Shown piece by piece: positions 1-9,248 of a stretch of 54,482 bases of DNA. The position numbers were made by a program, and so were the translations under genes. Below the pieces are notes generated by a model. It searched no databases and was not told the DNA's origin. It saw nothing but the letters and a program-made list of their open reading frames with translations. The stretch covers positions 1 to 54,482 of the forward strand of contig CAIWPS010000719.1 in assembly GCA_903914615.1 (NCBI GenBank). Direction: 5' to 3'. Each line of letters starts with the position of its first letter. Position 1 is the first letter of the stretch. This DNA is from an uncultured beta proteobacterium (GTDB lineage: Bacteria; Pseudomonadota; Gammaproteobacteria; Burkholderiales; Burkholderiaceae_C).

Positions 1-141
1 CAGCGAGCAGTCCACGGGGCCTGGCAGCATCGGCCTCGAGCACTGCGATGACAGCCTGCTGAACGACCGCAGCCGCCTTCGCCACCTCCAGGTCGTGCGC
101 CAGCGCCGCAGAGCACTCGCGCTCCAGCGCGAGGTCTTCGG
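1..141. repeat. Terminal direct repeat, left copy (circular contig overlap)
   Basis: 1-141 is identical to 54342-54482; one ORF reads continuously across the junction. Confidence 0.97.
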
Positions 142-277
142 CCGCCGTCCTGAGCTCACGCTGGGCGGCCAGCAGCTCGCGCCGAAGCGCCGCGATGCGC
201 TCGTCCGCGCGGTCGGCCCGCTTCTGCTGCACCTGGGCGACGCGGAAGCCTTCGCCTCGATCCTTCGAACGTGTCAT
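1..277 (-). CDS. Coiled-coil hypothetical protein; continues across the circular junction to a stop at 54304
   Basis: ATG at 277 (MTRSKDRGEGFRVAQ...), overlapping the upstream stop; open through the repeat. Confidence 0.55.
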   Translation of the reverse strand, partial: MTRSKDRGEGFRVAQVQQKRADRADERIAALRRELLAAQRELRTAAEDLALERECSAALAHDLEVAKAAAVVQQAVIAVLEADAARPRGLLA

Positions 278-507
278 GCACCACCTCCGAAGCAGCAGAG
301 ACCCAGGACACCGGCGCTGATCGGGCTGAAGCCGAGAGGCGGGCGCAGGAGGTTGCGCAACGTAGCCTCAACGGCGCGCTCGAGCTTCACGCGCGCCTGC
401 TCTCGGAGGACTGCGTCACGGAAGCTCTCTCGCATGTTCAGGCTGACGCCGTAGCGATAGGCCATCGCTCGGCGGAACTCTTCGATGGTCAGGCGGGTGT
501 CGGTCAC
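274..507 (-). CDS. Hypothetical protein
   Basis: ORF in a chain of genes with overlapping start/stop codons. Confidence 0.45.
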   Translation of the reverse strand: MTDTRLTIEEFRRAMAYRYGVSLNMRESFRDAVLREQARVKLERAVEATLRNLLRPPLGFSPISAGVLGLCCFGGGA

Positions 508-728
508 GGCCGCTCTCCTGGTTCCATGGGCTTCCACTCCTTGCCGTCGAAACGCTCGCCGCCCATCGCCGGCCAGTAAAGCAGGCAGTGGCCCCGATAC
601 GGGTCGCCAGGCTCCGAAATGCCCCAGTACTGACGGTCGTCTTTGAACCAGACCCGCAGCGTGTCCTTACGCCACGCGCGGCGGTGACAGTCGACCGCGT
701 CCTCCATGAGGCGCTGTGCTGTCGTCAT
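504..728 (-). CDS. Hypothetical protein
   Basis: MTTAQRLMED..., coupled to neighbours. Confidence 0.5.
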   Translation of the reverse strand: MTTAQRLMEDAVDCHRRAWRKDTLRVWFKDDRQYWGISEPGDPYRGHCLLYWPAMGGERFDGKEWKPMEPGERP

Positions 729-1018
729 TCGCCCTGCTCCCGCCACCTGGCCATCGCGATCACGTCGAGCGCCTCGCGATCAGCATCGAAGCACTCCGCC
801 AGCGGCTGCTCGATCGCTTCGGCCTGGCCTGCCGCCGAGCCCTCGACCAGGTCGACGCCGTGCTTGCTCGCGATGTGGATCAGGACGCAGGCCACGAGCT
901 TCTGCGCGCCGTCGCCCACATTGAGCGTGGGGTACCGACGATCGAGTTCGACGGTCCAGCCCTGAATCGTGGTGCGGCCCTCGACGTGCTGAAGCACACC
1001 TTCGACGACGACTCTCAT
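725..1018 (-). CDS. Hypothetical protein
   Basis: ATGA overlap with rusA stop. Confidence 0.55.
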   Translation of the reverse strand: MRVVVEGVLQHVEGRTTIQGWTVELDRRYPTLNVGDGAQKLVACVLIHIASKHGVDLVEGSAAGQAEAIEQPLAECFDADREALDVIAMARWREQGE

Positions 1019-1476
1019 GCGACCTCCTCGATGAGCGAGGCTTGGACCACCGGGAGCGCCAGCTGCTCGATGGCGACGATGACGCGCGCGCCGTGTTCGT
1101 CGGGCTCCATGCGCTCGAGCATCAGTCGCCGGATGCGCTTGTCGTCGGCGTAGACGATGCCCTGCAGCGCGTCAGACGTGACTTTCTCGCAGTTCCCGAG
1201 GTCAATGCACTGCACGGTGTCGTCCCACCACGCGCCGAGCTTCGACTGGCGCTTTTTCCAGTCTAGAGGCCGGTGCGGGAACAGGCGCATGTGCACGGCG
1301 ATCCGTCCCTCGAGCGGCGCAGCAATGCCGGCCGCGTTGGCGATCTTCGCGACGTCGCGCTTGAACTGCTTCGCCTCGTTGCTCAGGTGGACGAGGGCGC
1401 GGCGTGCGCCTGGCGGCACGAAGCTTTGCCAATACCGATTTGAAGAGCACGGATAGGGTAGAACCAGGATGATCAT
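1015..1476 (-). CDS. rusA: RusA-family Holliday junction resolvase
   Basis: LPYPCSSNRYW N-terminus; DLGNCEKVTSDALQGIVYADDKRI catalytic motif. Confidence 0.9.
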   Translation of the reverse strand: MIILVLPYPCSSNRYWQSFVPPGARRALVHLSNEAKQFKRDVAKIANAAGIAAPLEGRIAVHMRLFPHRPLDWKKRQSKLGAWWDDTVQCIDLGNCEKVTSDALQGIVYADDKRIRRLMLERMEPDEHGARVIVAIEQLALPVVQASLIEEVA

Positions 1477-2129
1477 GCGACCGCCTTGTAGCTGATCCCG
1501 AGAGCGCAACGCTTGGCTGCAGACTGATGCAATCCGAACTCGATGCCGAGCAATCGCCAGGAGAGCCCTTCGGCTCGGCGTCGACGCAGCGCGCGCACCT
1601 GTTCGTCGGTCAGAGATCGGTCGCTACGCGGCTTCTTGTTGGTACCGCGAGGTCCGAGCTTCTTACCCCGCGACCGCTCTGACTGAGCCTGACGAACGGC
1701 GATCGACTGAGGCTTGCCCAGCTTGGCCGCGCGTTGCTTGGCGCGCGTTTCGGCACTCGCTGTGCGACCACGTTGAGACGCCGCCATCCGAGCCTTTGTA
1801 TCTTCCGACCGCTTCCGGCCGAGGTGAGATCCAGCGATCGCCAGCACGTTCATGCACAGCGGATTGGCGCCGACCCCGGCATCGTCGAGTGCACGCTGTT
1901 CCAGTTCCAGCAGAACATCACGCCCGGGCGATTCGGCTGTCTGGAACACCTGGAACAGTAGGCGCGAAGGGTCAATGTTCCAGATGGCTTGTAGTCGTGG
2001 GTTCGGATGGTTCCCGTTCTTCAGTCGCTGCTGGTGCTGGATCCAGCGGCGCGCAGTGTTGACGCTGCTTCCCACGTAGAAGCGTCCACTCGCTGCGTCG
2101 CTGATGCGGTAGATGCCTGCGATGATCAC
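1473..2129 (-). CDS. GIY-YIG homing endonuclease with NUMOD3-like DNA-binding repeats
   Basis: GIYRIS...FYVGSS...RW..H; HLGRKRSEDTKARM and SAETRAKQ repeats. Confidence 0.88.
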   Translation of the reverse strand: MIIAGIYRISDAASGRFYVGSSVNTARRWIQHQQRLKNGNHPNPRLQAIWNIDPSRLLFQVFQTAESPGRDVLLELEQRALDDAGVGANPLCMNVLAIAGSHLGRKRSEDTKARMAASQRGRTASAETRAKQRAAKLGKPQSIAVRQAQSERSRGKKLGPRGTNKKPRSDRSLTDEQVRALRRRRAEGLSWRLLGIEFGLHQSAAKRCALGISYKAVA

Positions 2130-2362
2130 GCTGCTTCCCTCCGGGGTACGGGATTCGATACAGGCCCACGAGCGTCGATGAAGGTCGGGCAGCCGGGGCC
2201 GGTCGGATTGCGCAGCACCGTGGCGTCGACGGGGCTTCGGCGGTCGCACAAGGCGGCGTCGTGGCGGGCGCAGTGCTGGGACTGCGGGCAAGGCTTGCTT
2301 GGCGCGCAGCGCTGGAGGTGCAGCGGGGTGGCTGCCTCGATGGGGATGGCGGCGCGCAGCAT
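2126..2362 (-). CDS. Small Cys-containing hypothetical protein
   Basis: ORF filling the gap with overlapping start/stop. Confidence 0.35.
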   Translation of the reverse strand: MLRAAIPIEAATPLHLQRCAPSKPCPQSQHCARHDAALCDRRSPVDATVLRNPTGPGCPTFIDARGPVSNPVPRREAA

Positions 2363-2574
2363 CAGAACTCCAGCGGGTCGTCGCGCTCGGCCGGCTCGGA
2401 GTGCGGGCGTGCGGCTTCCCGGGTGGGCAGCGGCAGAGGCTTGGTCGTGCCACCGCCGCGCAGGTGATCGCTGCACAAGCGCCGACCGAAGTCGGACGTC
2501 CAGCGCTTGGCGCAGCCGTCGACGCAGCACAGGAGCGAGCTCTCCTGCTCCTCGGACTTGGCGCGGGCCCTCAT
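2362..2574 (-). CDS. Small putative Zn-binding protein
   Basis: CCVDGC...LCSDH motif; coupled to the upstream gene. Confidence 0.55.
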   Translation of the reverse strand: MRARAKSEEQESSLLCCVDGCAKRWTSDFGRRLCSDHLRGGGTTKPLPLPTREAARPHSEPAERDDPLEF

Positions 2575-3152
2575 TGCAGCCTCGGCGCGAACATGCCTTC
2601 GAGCAGCGCCTGCACCTCGGGCGACGGCGCGGGCAGCGCCGGATGCACGGTCTGGGCGTAGTCGAGGCCGATGCGCCCGCGCTCGACCGCCACGCGCAAC
2701 GCCTGCTCGCGGCCCCGCGGATCGTGGCCCAGCGAGATTTGCCAGTCGGGCGCCCTGCCTGCGTCGCGCGCGGCGGCCACCAGGCGGTCGTAGGCCTGCT
2801 TGAACGCCATGCGTGCGCCGATACCGTCGCCGTCGTCCAGCAGGGGCTGGCACACGCGTAGCGCCTCGGCCATCTCGGTCGTCCAAACGACGCTGTCGGC
2901 CTCGGTCTTGGGCAGCATCGCCCAGGCTTCCTCGGCGCCCAGGCGGCCGTCCTCCAGGCGGGAGACGACGTCCTGCACGGTGAGGATGCCGCGCACCTCG
3001 CGCCGGCAGCGCCGCAGTGCGCCCAGCACCTGGTGCTCCGGGTAGGTCGAGATGTCCTCGACGAAGAGCTTCGCAGCGGGCTCGGTGAACACGCGGCCAC
3101 ACAGTTCGGCGGTCACGGCTACGGCCTGGAGGAGGGAGAGACTGGCCATCAT
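2571..3152 (-). CDS. Putative helicase loader / replication protein P analogue
   Basis: Directly downstream of the initiator; ALRRCRRE...LTVQDV...AEEAWA motifs. Confidence 0.7.
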   Translation of the reverse strand: MMASLSLLQAVAVTAELCGRVFTEPAAKLFVEDISTYPEHQVLGALRRCRREVRGILTVQDVVSRLEDGRLGAEEAWAMLPKTEADSVVWTTEMAEALRVCQPLLDDGDGIGARMAFKQAYDRLVAAARDAGRAPDWQISLGHDPRGREQALRVAVERGRIGLDYAQTVHPALPAPSPEVQALLEGMFAPRLQ

Positions 3153-4144
3153 TCGGTTCCCTGCGCTTCACGCGCTTTGGCTTCGGCGATCAGCGGCGCG
3201 AACGCGCTGGCGTTGGTCTGGGTGCGGTCGGCCTGGGCGGCAGCCGTGTGGGTCGTCTGGCGGCCCTGGGCCCACTGCGTGCGCAGCCCCTCCGCGTCCC
3301 TCAGCAGCAGGTCGACGGTGTGGGTGGCGCGGACGTAGTCCTGGCGCTGGTGGGTGAGGTACCAAGCCGCGACGCGGGGCGCCTCCTCGATGCCAAGGCG
3401 CTGCACCAGCTGCGCGATCTGGGCGTTGACCTTGGCGTTGCGCACCGGCGCGTCGCCGTATCGGTCGACATAGGCCGTGCTGTAGGCGTTCCACGTGGTA
3501 GCGCCCACCGGCTGGCCAGGCTTGGCGGCTGCGGGCTTCGGGGCGCGAGCAGCGCGAGTCGCAGCCGGCTTTGGCGAGGGTGCCGGCGTAAGGGTTTTCT
3601 GCGCTTGAGCGTGCTCCTGCTCTTGGGCGTGCTCCTGTTGCTGCTCCTGCTCCTGTTCCTGGCTTAGGAGGGGCTTCGAAGGGGCTTGGCGGCGGTCAAC
3701 TATTTCGCCCTTCGGATCGCGCCGGCGGGAAAGATGGAACGCCTCGGAGTAGCGGTCGTGGAACAGCCCCAGGAATGGGCATTCCGGCACGCTCTCGTAC
3801 TCGCGCTGCAGTCCGGCGCACCGGTTGTCTGTCGCCTTGAGTCCGTCAGAAACCTGCCACTTCGCCATCTCGATGACGAACACCATTTCGGTGTCTTCGT
3901 CGTACAGGCAGAATCCGACGTCGATGCAGTCCTGAAGCCCCTTCCGAGCCCCTTCCACACCCAGGCCGGTCTCGTGCGCCATGAAGAGCACCGGCTGGTA
4001 GTACAGGCCGAGCATGTTGGAGCCCGGCGCGGACATCAGATAGAGGGCCACCAAAGGGCCTTCGACCCCCCTCTTGCGAAGGGCCTTGCCGGTTTCGCCC
4101 GACCAAAACGTCGGTGCCACCTTGGCGTATTCGCGCATGCTCAT
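3149..4144 (-). CDS. Phage replication initiator (O-like)
   Basis: MREYAKVAPTFW N-terminal domain, EQEQEQ linker, C-terminal helical domain. Confidence 0.8.
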   Translation of the reverse strand: MSMREYAKVAPTFWSGETGKALRKRGVEGPLVALYLMSAPGSNMLGLYYQPVLFMAHETGLGVEGARKGLQDCIDVGFCLYDEDTEMVFVIEMAKWQVSDGLKATDNRCAGLQREYESVPECPFLGLFHDRYSEAFHLSRRRDPKGEIVDRRQAPSKPLLSQEQEQEQQQEHAQEQEHAQAQKTLTPAPSPKPAATRAARAPKPAAAKPGQPVGATTWNAYSTAYVDRYGDAPVRNAKVNAQIAQLVQRLGIEEAPRVAAWYLTHQRQDYVRATHTVDLLLRDAEGLRTQWAQGRQTTHTAAAQADRTQTNASAFAPLIAEAKAREAQGTE

Positions 4145-4698
4145 GCCGCAATGCTCACGATCTGCGCATGGAAGCGCTGTTGCTGGATGAGCGCGTTGGC
4201 GCCGCGGCGCTCGGCCTGGCGGTTGCGCTCGCGAATGGCGGCCATCTCGGGCGCCTGCAACGACTTGATCTGCTCGAGCAGCCCAGCCACCGTCGCGGGC
4301 TCGACGATGATTTCCTCGGTGCGCGTCAGGCACGGCGCAAAGATGCCGAAGTCCTCGATCGCTCTGATCTGCGTCGCGGCGATCTGGGGCGCAGCGTCGA
4401 ACGGCCGGAAGTCGAACGACCGCTCGGTGAGGTGGATGTGCATGTCCGTGGCGGCGTGCCGGATGTAGAACTCCGGCACCTCCCCGTTGTCACGAAGGAA
4501 TTGCCACGGCTGCGCCTCGGCGATCATGAAAAGCCGCGCCGGCTCGAACCGCAGCGCGATGCGCACCGTCATAGCGTTGAAGTCCTGCTCGGCCGAGAGC
4601 TGCCACCCGGCTTGCTGGAGCTGGGTGGTCGTGCTCTCCCAGCCCGCGAAGATCACGCGGCAGGGACGACTCAGGAGCCGAGGCTCAGAGAGTGCCAT
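4141..4698 (-). CDS. Hypothetical protein
   Basis: 185-aa ORF coupled on both sides. Confidence 0.7.
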   Translation of the reverse strand: MALSEPRLLSRPCRVIFAGWESTTTQLQQAGWQLSAEQDFNAMTVRIALRFEPARLFMIAEAQPWQFLRDNGEVPEFYIRHAATDMHIHLTERSFDFRPFDAAPQIAATQIRAIEDFGIFAPCLTRTEEIIVEPATVAGLLEQIKSLQAPEMAAIRERNRQAERRGANALIQQQRFHAQIVSIAA

Positions 4699-4873
4699 CG
4701 GCGATCTGCGCCTCGATGTCCGCGAGCTTCAGCTTCTCGGCGCGCACGACGTCTTCGGCCGAGGCGACGACGCGCATCTGGCGCAAGAGCGCGTCCTTGG
4801 CCTTCTTGGTCGCCTCCTCGTTGAGTTGCTTGTTCGCTTCCGCCTTGATGGCGGCGATGTCGATGGCGCTCAT
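4685..4873 (-). CDS. Small coiled-coil protein
   Basis: 62-aa ORF in the operon. Confidence 0.65.
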   Translation of the reverse strand: MSAIDIAAIKAEANKQLNEEATKKAKDALLRQMRVVASAEDVVRAEKLKLADIEAQIADGTL

Positions 4874-5046
4874 GATTTCTTCCAGGTGATGGTGAAGGGC
4901 AGCACGTCGGCGACGCGTTGCCAGAAGGAGCGATTGCTCCGGGCGCGCAGTCGCGCCAGTTCGGCGTCGACCGCGATTCGGTGCTGCTCCTCGAGCAGCT
5001 GTGCGCGGGCGGCCGCGATAATCTGGTTGAGCTGATCGGTATTCAT
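4870..5046 (-). CDS. Hypothetical protein
   Basis: MNTDQLNQII..., ATGA overlaps. Confidence 0.55.
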   Translation of the reverse strand: MNTDQLNQIIAAARAQLLEEQHRIAVDAELARLRARSNRSFWQRVADVLPFTITWKKS

Positions 5047-5900
5047 GCGGCGTGTCCTGAGAAGAGTCCGCCGCGGCTGCGCTCGAGGGCGTCGCTGAGG
5101 GCTGGGTTGAGCCAGACGACCTCGGTGCGCAGGCCTGTGCCGCGCCCGGCGCTGATCCGCGCGCGGGTCTCGTGCCGCTGCCAGCCGGCCAGCGCGAGGT
5201 CGTAGAGCCTGGTGGGGTAGCCGCACAGCACCACCATGCCGTCGACGGCGTTGAGCGCTTCGAGCAGCTGCTGGTGCTGGAGGGTGTTCAGCTCGTGCCG
5301 GTAGCCGCCGCCCTTGCGCAGGATGCGCGTCTCCGCGACATAGGGCGGATCGACGAAGTGCAGCGTGTCCGGGCCGTCGTGGTCAGCAATCACGGACAGC
5401 GCGTCGCGGTTCTCCACCAGAACGCCGGCGAGACGTTCGCCGATGGCGCCCAGCGCTCCCGGATAGTCGGCCCAGTTGTGCTGCGCCGTGCCGTACTTGC
5501 GCCGGGTGTCGGTGCGGAAGCCAGATGATGCGCCGCTGGCTGCCGCACCGCCGAAGCCCATCCCCGCGCGCACAGCGGTGCGCCGCGCGCGCTCCAGCGG
5601 ATCGTCGGTCGGCTCGTAGGCCTGGTCGAACTCGTCGCGGGCGTAGGGCGTCAGCCTGCAGGCCTCGACGAGTTCCGCGCGCAGCGTCGGGTCGCGCAGC
5701 ACGCGGAAGAAATTCACGATGTCGCCGTCGAGGTCGTTGTAGACCTCGGCGTAGACGCGCGGCTTCTGCAACAGCACGCCAGCCGCACCGCCGAACGACT
5801 CGACGTAGCAGCCATGCTCGGGGAAGAACTGCAGCAGCCACGGCGCCAGGCGGAACTTGCCGCCGTGGTACCGGAGCGCGGGGCGGGTGACCGTGGTCAT
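5043..5900 (-). CDS. DNA adenine methyltransferase (Dam/D12 class)
   Basis: RYHGGK, ESFGGAAGV (motif I), VYND, DPPY (motif IV). Confidence 0.93.
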   Translation of the reverse strand: MTTVTRPALRYHGGKFRLAPWLLQFFPEHGCYVESFGGAAGVLLQKPRVYAEVYNDLDGDIVNFFRVLRDPTLRAELVEACRLTPYARDEFDQAYEPTDDPLERARRTAVRAGMGFGGAAASGASSGFRTDTRRKYGTAQHNWADYPGALGAIGERLAGVLVENRDALSVIADHDGPDTLHFVDPPYVAETRILRKGGGYRHELNTLQHQQLLEALNAVDGMVVLCGYPTRLYDLALAGWQRHETRARISAGRGTGLRTEVVWLNPALSDALERSRGGLFSGHAA

Positions 5901-6202
5901 TGAATTCGCCCCCATGCCGAGTGAATCTCAAGACCGAGTTCGCGGGCGACATGAAGCTCAAGGGTTGCCCCGCGACTTGAGTGGTGCCCTTGCAGCAGCC
6001 AAAGCGCATCGCACGTCACCAGTGCGGCCAGATCGCGGCGCAGGCAGGCATTCCAGCCTTCGTGGTCGCGACCGCGGTTGATCTCAACCGGACTGACGAC
6101 GTCCCATCCCTCGGCACGCAGGCGATCGGCCTCGGCGTTGAAGGCGGGAAAGTTGAGGTCGGGCAGTCCGGTCATAGGTCCGGCGATGTAGATGCGCTTC
6201 AT
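5897..6202 (-). CDS. DUF4406 / nucleoside 2-deoxyribosyltransferase-like protein
   Basis: IYIAGPMTGLPDLNFPAF...CDA..L.G...SRGATLE. Confidence 0.85.
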   Translation of the reverse strand: MKRIYIAGPMTGLPDLNFPAFNAEADRLRAEGWDVVSPVEINRGRDHEGWNACLRRDLAALVTCDALWLLQGHHSSRGATLELHVARELGLEIHSAWGRIQ

Positions 6203-7872
6203 GCGGCCTCCCGCATCAGCGACGCGTCGCGGTAGTTCGCCCCGACGATGAGCGCGATCGACAGAGGCGACACCGAGTTGCCGCACATGCGCACCTGGGC
6301 CGTCTTGGTGAGGCGCTTCCCCGTCGACGTGCGGTCGATGATGTAGCTCGGCGGGAAGTCCTGGGCGTTGTAGAGCTCGCGCGGCACCAGCATCCGCAGG
6401 AGGATGTCGGTCACGACAACCGGGGGGCGGCCGCGAAGATGCACCGTCACCAGCGCCAGCCGATCTCGAGTCGTGATCGTTGTCAGCGGGTCGCGCAGGT
6501 CTGACCACTGGCCGCCGGTGCCGTGGTACCGCATCAGGAAGGCCGCAACGCGCAGCGCACCGGCCTCGTCTTCCTCGCTCAGGCAGTACTCGACCAGCGC
6601 CTGGTGCTCGCCACCAGCCGAGATGGTGGTGAGCGGATCGCGCGCGTCGCGCCCGATGCTGTGCTTGCGCAACGTCGTCAGGTGGGCGGCGATCAACTGC
6701 TGCTGGCTGCCCTTGGTAGTCACGGTGGACATCGGGTCGCGGATGTCGCGTGCGTGGGTCTCGTTGAAGCCGCCGTTGGCAGTCGTGATAGTGCGAAGCG
6801 GATCGCGGACGTCGAAGGCCACGTCGCGCATGTGGGTCACGTGCACCAGCACCGGCGCAGCGAGCATCAGCTCGCCGCGATGGGCGGCCGTCACGGTAGG
6901 CAGCGGGTGGTGGATGCCGCGCGTGCGGTTGCTCGCGTCGGTGTGGGTGGCCGGCACGATGAACGGGTCCGCGCTCTCGAGGACGAAGTTCTTCAGGCCG
7001 TAGGCGATGCGCCGCATGGTGGCGTCGACCAGATCGCGATCGCGTCCGAAGATCGACCGCGCAGGGATCGACCAGTCGATGCACTCCGCCGCGGCGCGCC
7101 AGCGCTTCTTGCCGCCCGTGCCGTTCTTGCTGTGCGTCAACTCGGGCCAGACGATCGGCTGGCCATCGAACCGGATGATCACGTAAAGGCGCTCGCGCGT
7201 GCTGCGCGCGCCCAGGTTCGCGTTCTTGATCACGCGCCACTGCACGTTACCGCCGAGGCCGCGAAGGTGCTCGATGAAGTGCCGCCAGTTCCGGCCCTTG
7301 CGCTTCGGGTTGGGCACCAGGAACTGATTGCGCCGCGGGACATGCTCGCCCTTGGCCGCGACGCGGTAGCTTTTTTTACCGGTCTTCTCGTCGATGGTGC
7401 GATCGAGCGTGACGACGCGTCCGGTGGCAGGGTCGCGCTTCGCGATCAGCGGCGACCAGTGGAGCATCTGCTCGACGTTTTCCAACGTCACGACACGCGG
7501 GCCCTGCCCGCTCTTGCTGAGCTTGCCCACCCACTTCGGGACGACCCAGGCGAGCGAGCGGATCTCTTGATCGCGCGGTTGGCCGCCGAGGGCCTGGCTG
7601 TGGTGCGTGCAGTCAGGTGATGCGTGCACGAGGCCAACGGGCTGGCCGGCGGTGACCTTCAGTGGATCCACCTTCCAGACGTCCTCGATGAAGTGACGCG
7701 TCTGCGGATGATTGATCTCGTGCATGCCGATCGCGTCGGGATCGTGGTTGATCGCGATGTCGACGTGCCGGCCGATCGCCTGCTCGATGCCCGTCGACGC
7801 GCCGCCGCCGCCGGCGAACAGGTCGATCACGAGCTCGGAGGCGATGCCCAGGAGGAACTGGTTGCCGATCAT
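6199..7872 (-). CDS. C5-cytosine DNA methyltransferase (phage type)
   Basis: DLFAGGGG, ASPDC, ENV, RERL, GNSV motifs. Confidence 0.93.
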   Translation of the reverse strand: MIGNQFLLGIASELVIDLFAGGGGASTGIEQAIGRHVDIAINHDPDAIGMHEINHPQTRHFIEDVWKVDPLKVTAGQPVGLVHASPDCTHHSQALGGQPRDQEIRSLAWVVPKWVGKLSKSGQGPRVVTLENVEQMLHWSPLIAKRDPATGRVVTLDRTIDEKTGKKSYRVAAKGEHVPRRNQFLVPNPKRKGRNWRHFIEHLRGLGGNVQWRVIKNANLGARSTRERLYVIIRFDGQPIVWPELTHSKNGTGGKKRWRAAAECIDWSIPARSIFGRDRDLVDATMRRIAYGLKNFVLESADPFIVPATHTDASNRTRGIHHPLPTVTAAHRGELMLAAPVLVHVTHMRDVAFDVRDPLRTITTANGGFNETHARDIRDPMSTVTTKGSQQQLIAAHLTTLRKHSIGRDARDPLTTISAGGEHQALVEYCLSEEDEAGALRVAAFLMRYHGTGGQWSDLRDPLTTITTRDRLALVTVHLRGRPPVVVTDILLRMLVPRELYNAQDFPPSYIIDRTSTGKRLTKTAQVRMCGNSVSPLSIALIVGANYRDASLMREAA

Positions 7873-8438
7873 TCAATCCGCTCCCCGAGCCGGTCCAGAT
7901 ACCCGACGATCTGCTGCGTCTCGTGCCGCGTGAACTCGATGCGCTCGCTGCCCCGTTCGATCACGAACTGCCCGTCGCTCCAGAGGGCGATTCGAAGCAC
8001 TGCGGAACCAACTGCATCGCCGCAGCGCGGAACCAACTGCATCGCCCCAGTGCCGGGCTTTGGGCCGCGCTTCTTGGGTGCGGGTGCCGGCGGCGGCAAC
8101 GTGTCCAGGCCGGGCCAGCGCGGCAGGTCAGGTAGCGCCGCGCCTTCCGTCTTCACCACACGCTGCCGTGGCGGATCGTCGTCGTCTGGCACTGGTAGCG
8201 GCACGCCGTTGCCCAAGCGCCAGTAGAGCCGGGTGCCGCGCTTCTCTCGCGCGAGCATGCCGTGCTTGACGGCGTACTCCAGGCACGACGGGAGGCATGC
8301 TGACTCAATATCGACAGCCTCGGCGAGCACCGCGGTGGGCAGTTCGGCGCCGGGCGACAAGCCTTGAAGGTGCTCGATGACGAGCGCGGGTGCGGAGCCA
8401 GCTCTCGGAGCATAGGTGATCATCGCGGCGCCCTCCAC
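7869..8438 (-). CDS. Hypothetical protein with a winged-helix-like N-terminus
   Basis: LPTAVLAEAV...L..AVKHGML..EKRG..LYWRL. Confidence 0.6.
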   Translation of the reverse strand: MEGAAMITYAPRAGSAPALVIEHLQGLSPGAELPTAVLAEAVDIESACLPSCLEYAVKHGMLAREKRGTRLYWRLGNGVPLPVPDDDDPPRQRVVKTEGAALPDLPRWPGLDTLPPPAPAPKKRGPKPGTGAMQLVPRCGDAVGSAVLRIALWSDGQFVIERGSERIEFTRHETQQIVGYLDRLGERIE

Positions 8439-8535
8439 TGCGGCGGTAGGCCATGTGCTGGCTGGTGCTCAACGGCGTAGACCGAGGCCGCTGCGTCGCC
8501 GAAGTCGGTCGTCCGGCCGGAAAAAAAGAGCGAGT

Positions 8536-8937
8536 TCATACGAGTCCCGCCCGCTTCAGCAACGCCCCGAAGTGCGCCAGCTGCGGCGCCAGCTCGGCCA
8601 GCGCGGCGTCGTGGCCGGCCTCGGCTTTGTGCAGGAATTTCTCGACCAGGTAGTAGATCGGCGTGGTGTCGCCCGTCTTTTCGATGTAGCGCTCAAGGTC
8701 GTCGACGCCGAATTTCCGCTTCTTGTTGTCCGAGTCGATCTGGGCGCTGAGCTGCACCGACAGGTTCGAAGGCGCGCAGTCCAGATCGATGGCAACCTTG
8801 CCGAGTCCTCGCTGATAGACGCCTGTTGCGATGCACTCGCGCAGGCTCGGGTAGATCTCGACCAGGCCGGGTTCGAAAGACAGCGTGAGCTGCTGTGCGG
8901 GCACCGCCGGCGCCACGCGGTTGGACGTGCGCTTCAC
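8536..8937 (-). CDS. CII-like phage regulatory protein
   Basis: Downstream of cro; HTH-like KVAIDLDCAPSNLS. Confidence 0.65.
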   Translation of the reverse strand: MKRTSNRVAPAVPAQQLTLSFEPGLVEIYPSLRECIATGVYQRGLGKVAIDLDCAPSNLSVQLSAQIDSDNKKRKFGVDDLERYIEKTGDTTPIYYLVEKFLHKAEAGHDAALAELAPQLAHFGALLKRAGLV

Positions 8938-9067
8938 GAGCGGCCTCCGGATTGGGTTATAAGCGGTGAGCTCAGCTCGTATCGCGCGTTATCACTGTTG
9001 GGCAAAAAAATGGAGGCATGGACAACGCCACACAACCACGCCGCAGCCAGGAACAGCAAGACCATGA

Positions 9068-9247
9068 TCAGCCGCGCGCCGTGGCGCGCTCCCAGAGTTC
9101 GTCGAGCTGCTCGAGCTGCTTCTTGCTCAGCGAGCGACCGGCTTCGACTTGGGCACGCACCGAGACGAGGAAGTCGTGCTCCCACGAGTTCAGGCGCTCC
9201 TCGCGGTGCTCGCAGTCCTCGAGCAGCTGCAGGGTGTCGGCGTCCAT
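9068..9247 (-). CDS. Small hypothetical protein (59 aa)
   Basis: Read by hand: MDADTLQLLEDCEHREERLNSWEHDFL...LSKKQLEQLDELWERAT. Confidence 0.6.
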   Translation of the reverse strand: MDADTLQLLEDCEHREERLNSWEHDFLVSVRAQVEAGRSLSKKQLEQLDELWERATARG

Positions 9248-9248
9248 T

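Noticed and set aside
1-141. Biological terminal repeat
   Set aside because: It falls inside an ORF, and 141 bp matches a common assembler k-mer overlap; it indicates circularity only
3600-3662. Replication iterons
   Set aside because: The repeats encode the EQEQ linker common in these initiators; an origin cannot be supported from this alone
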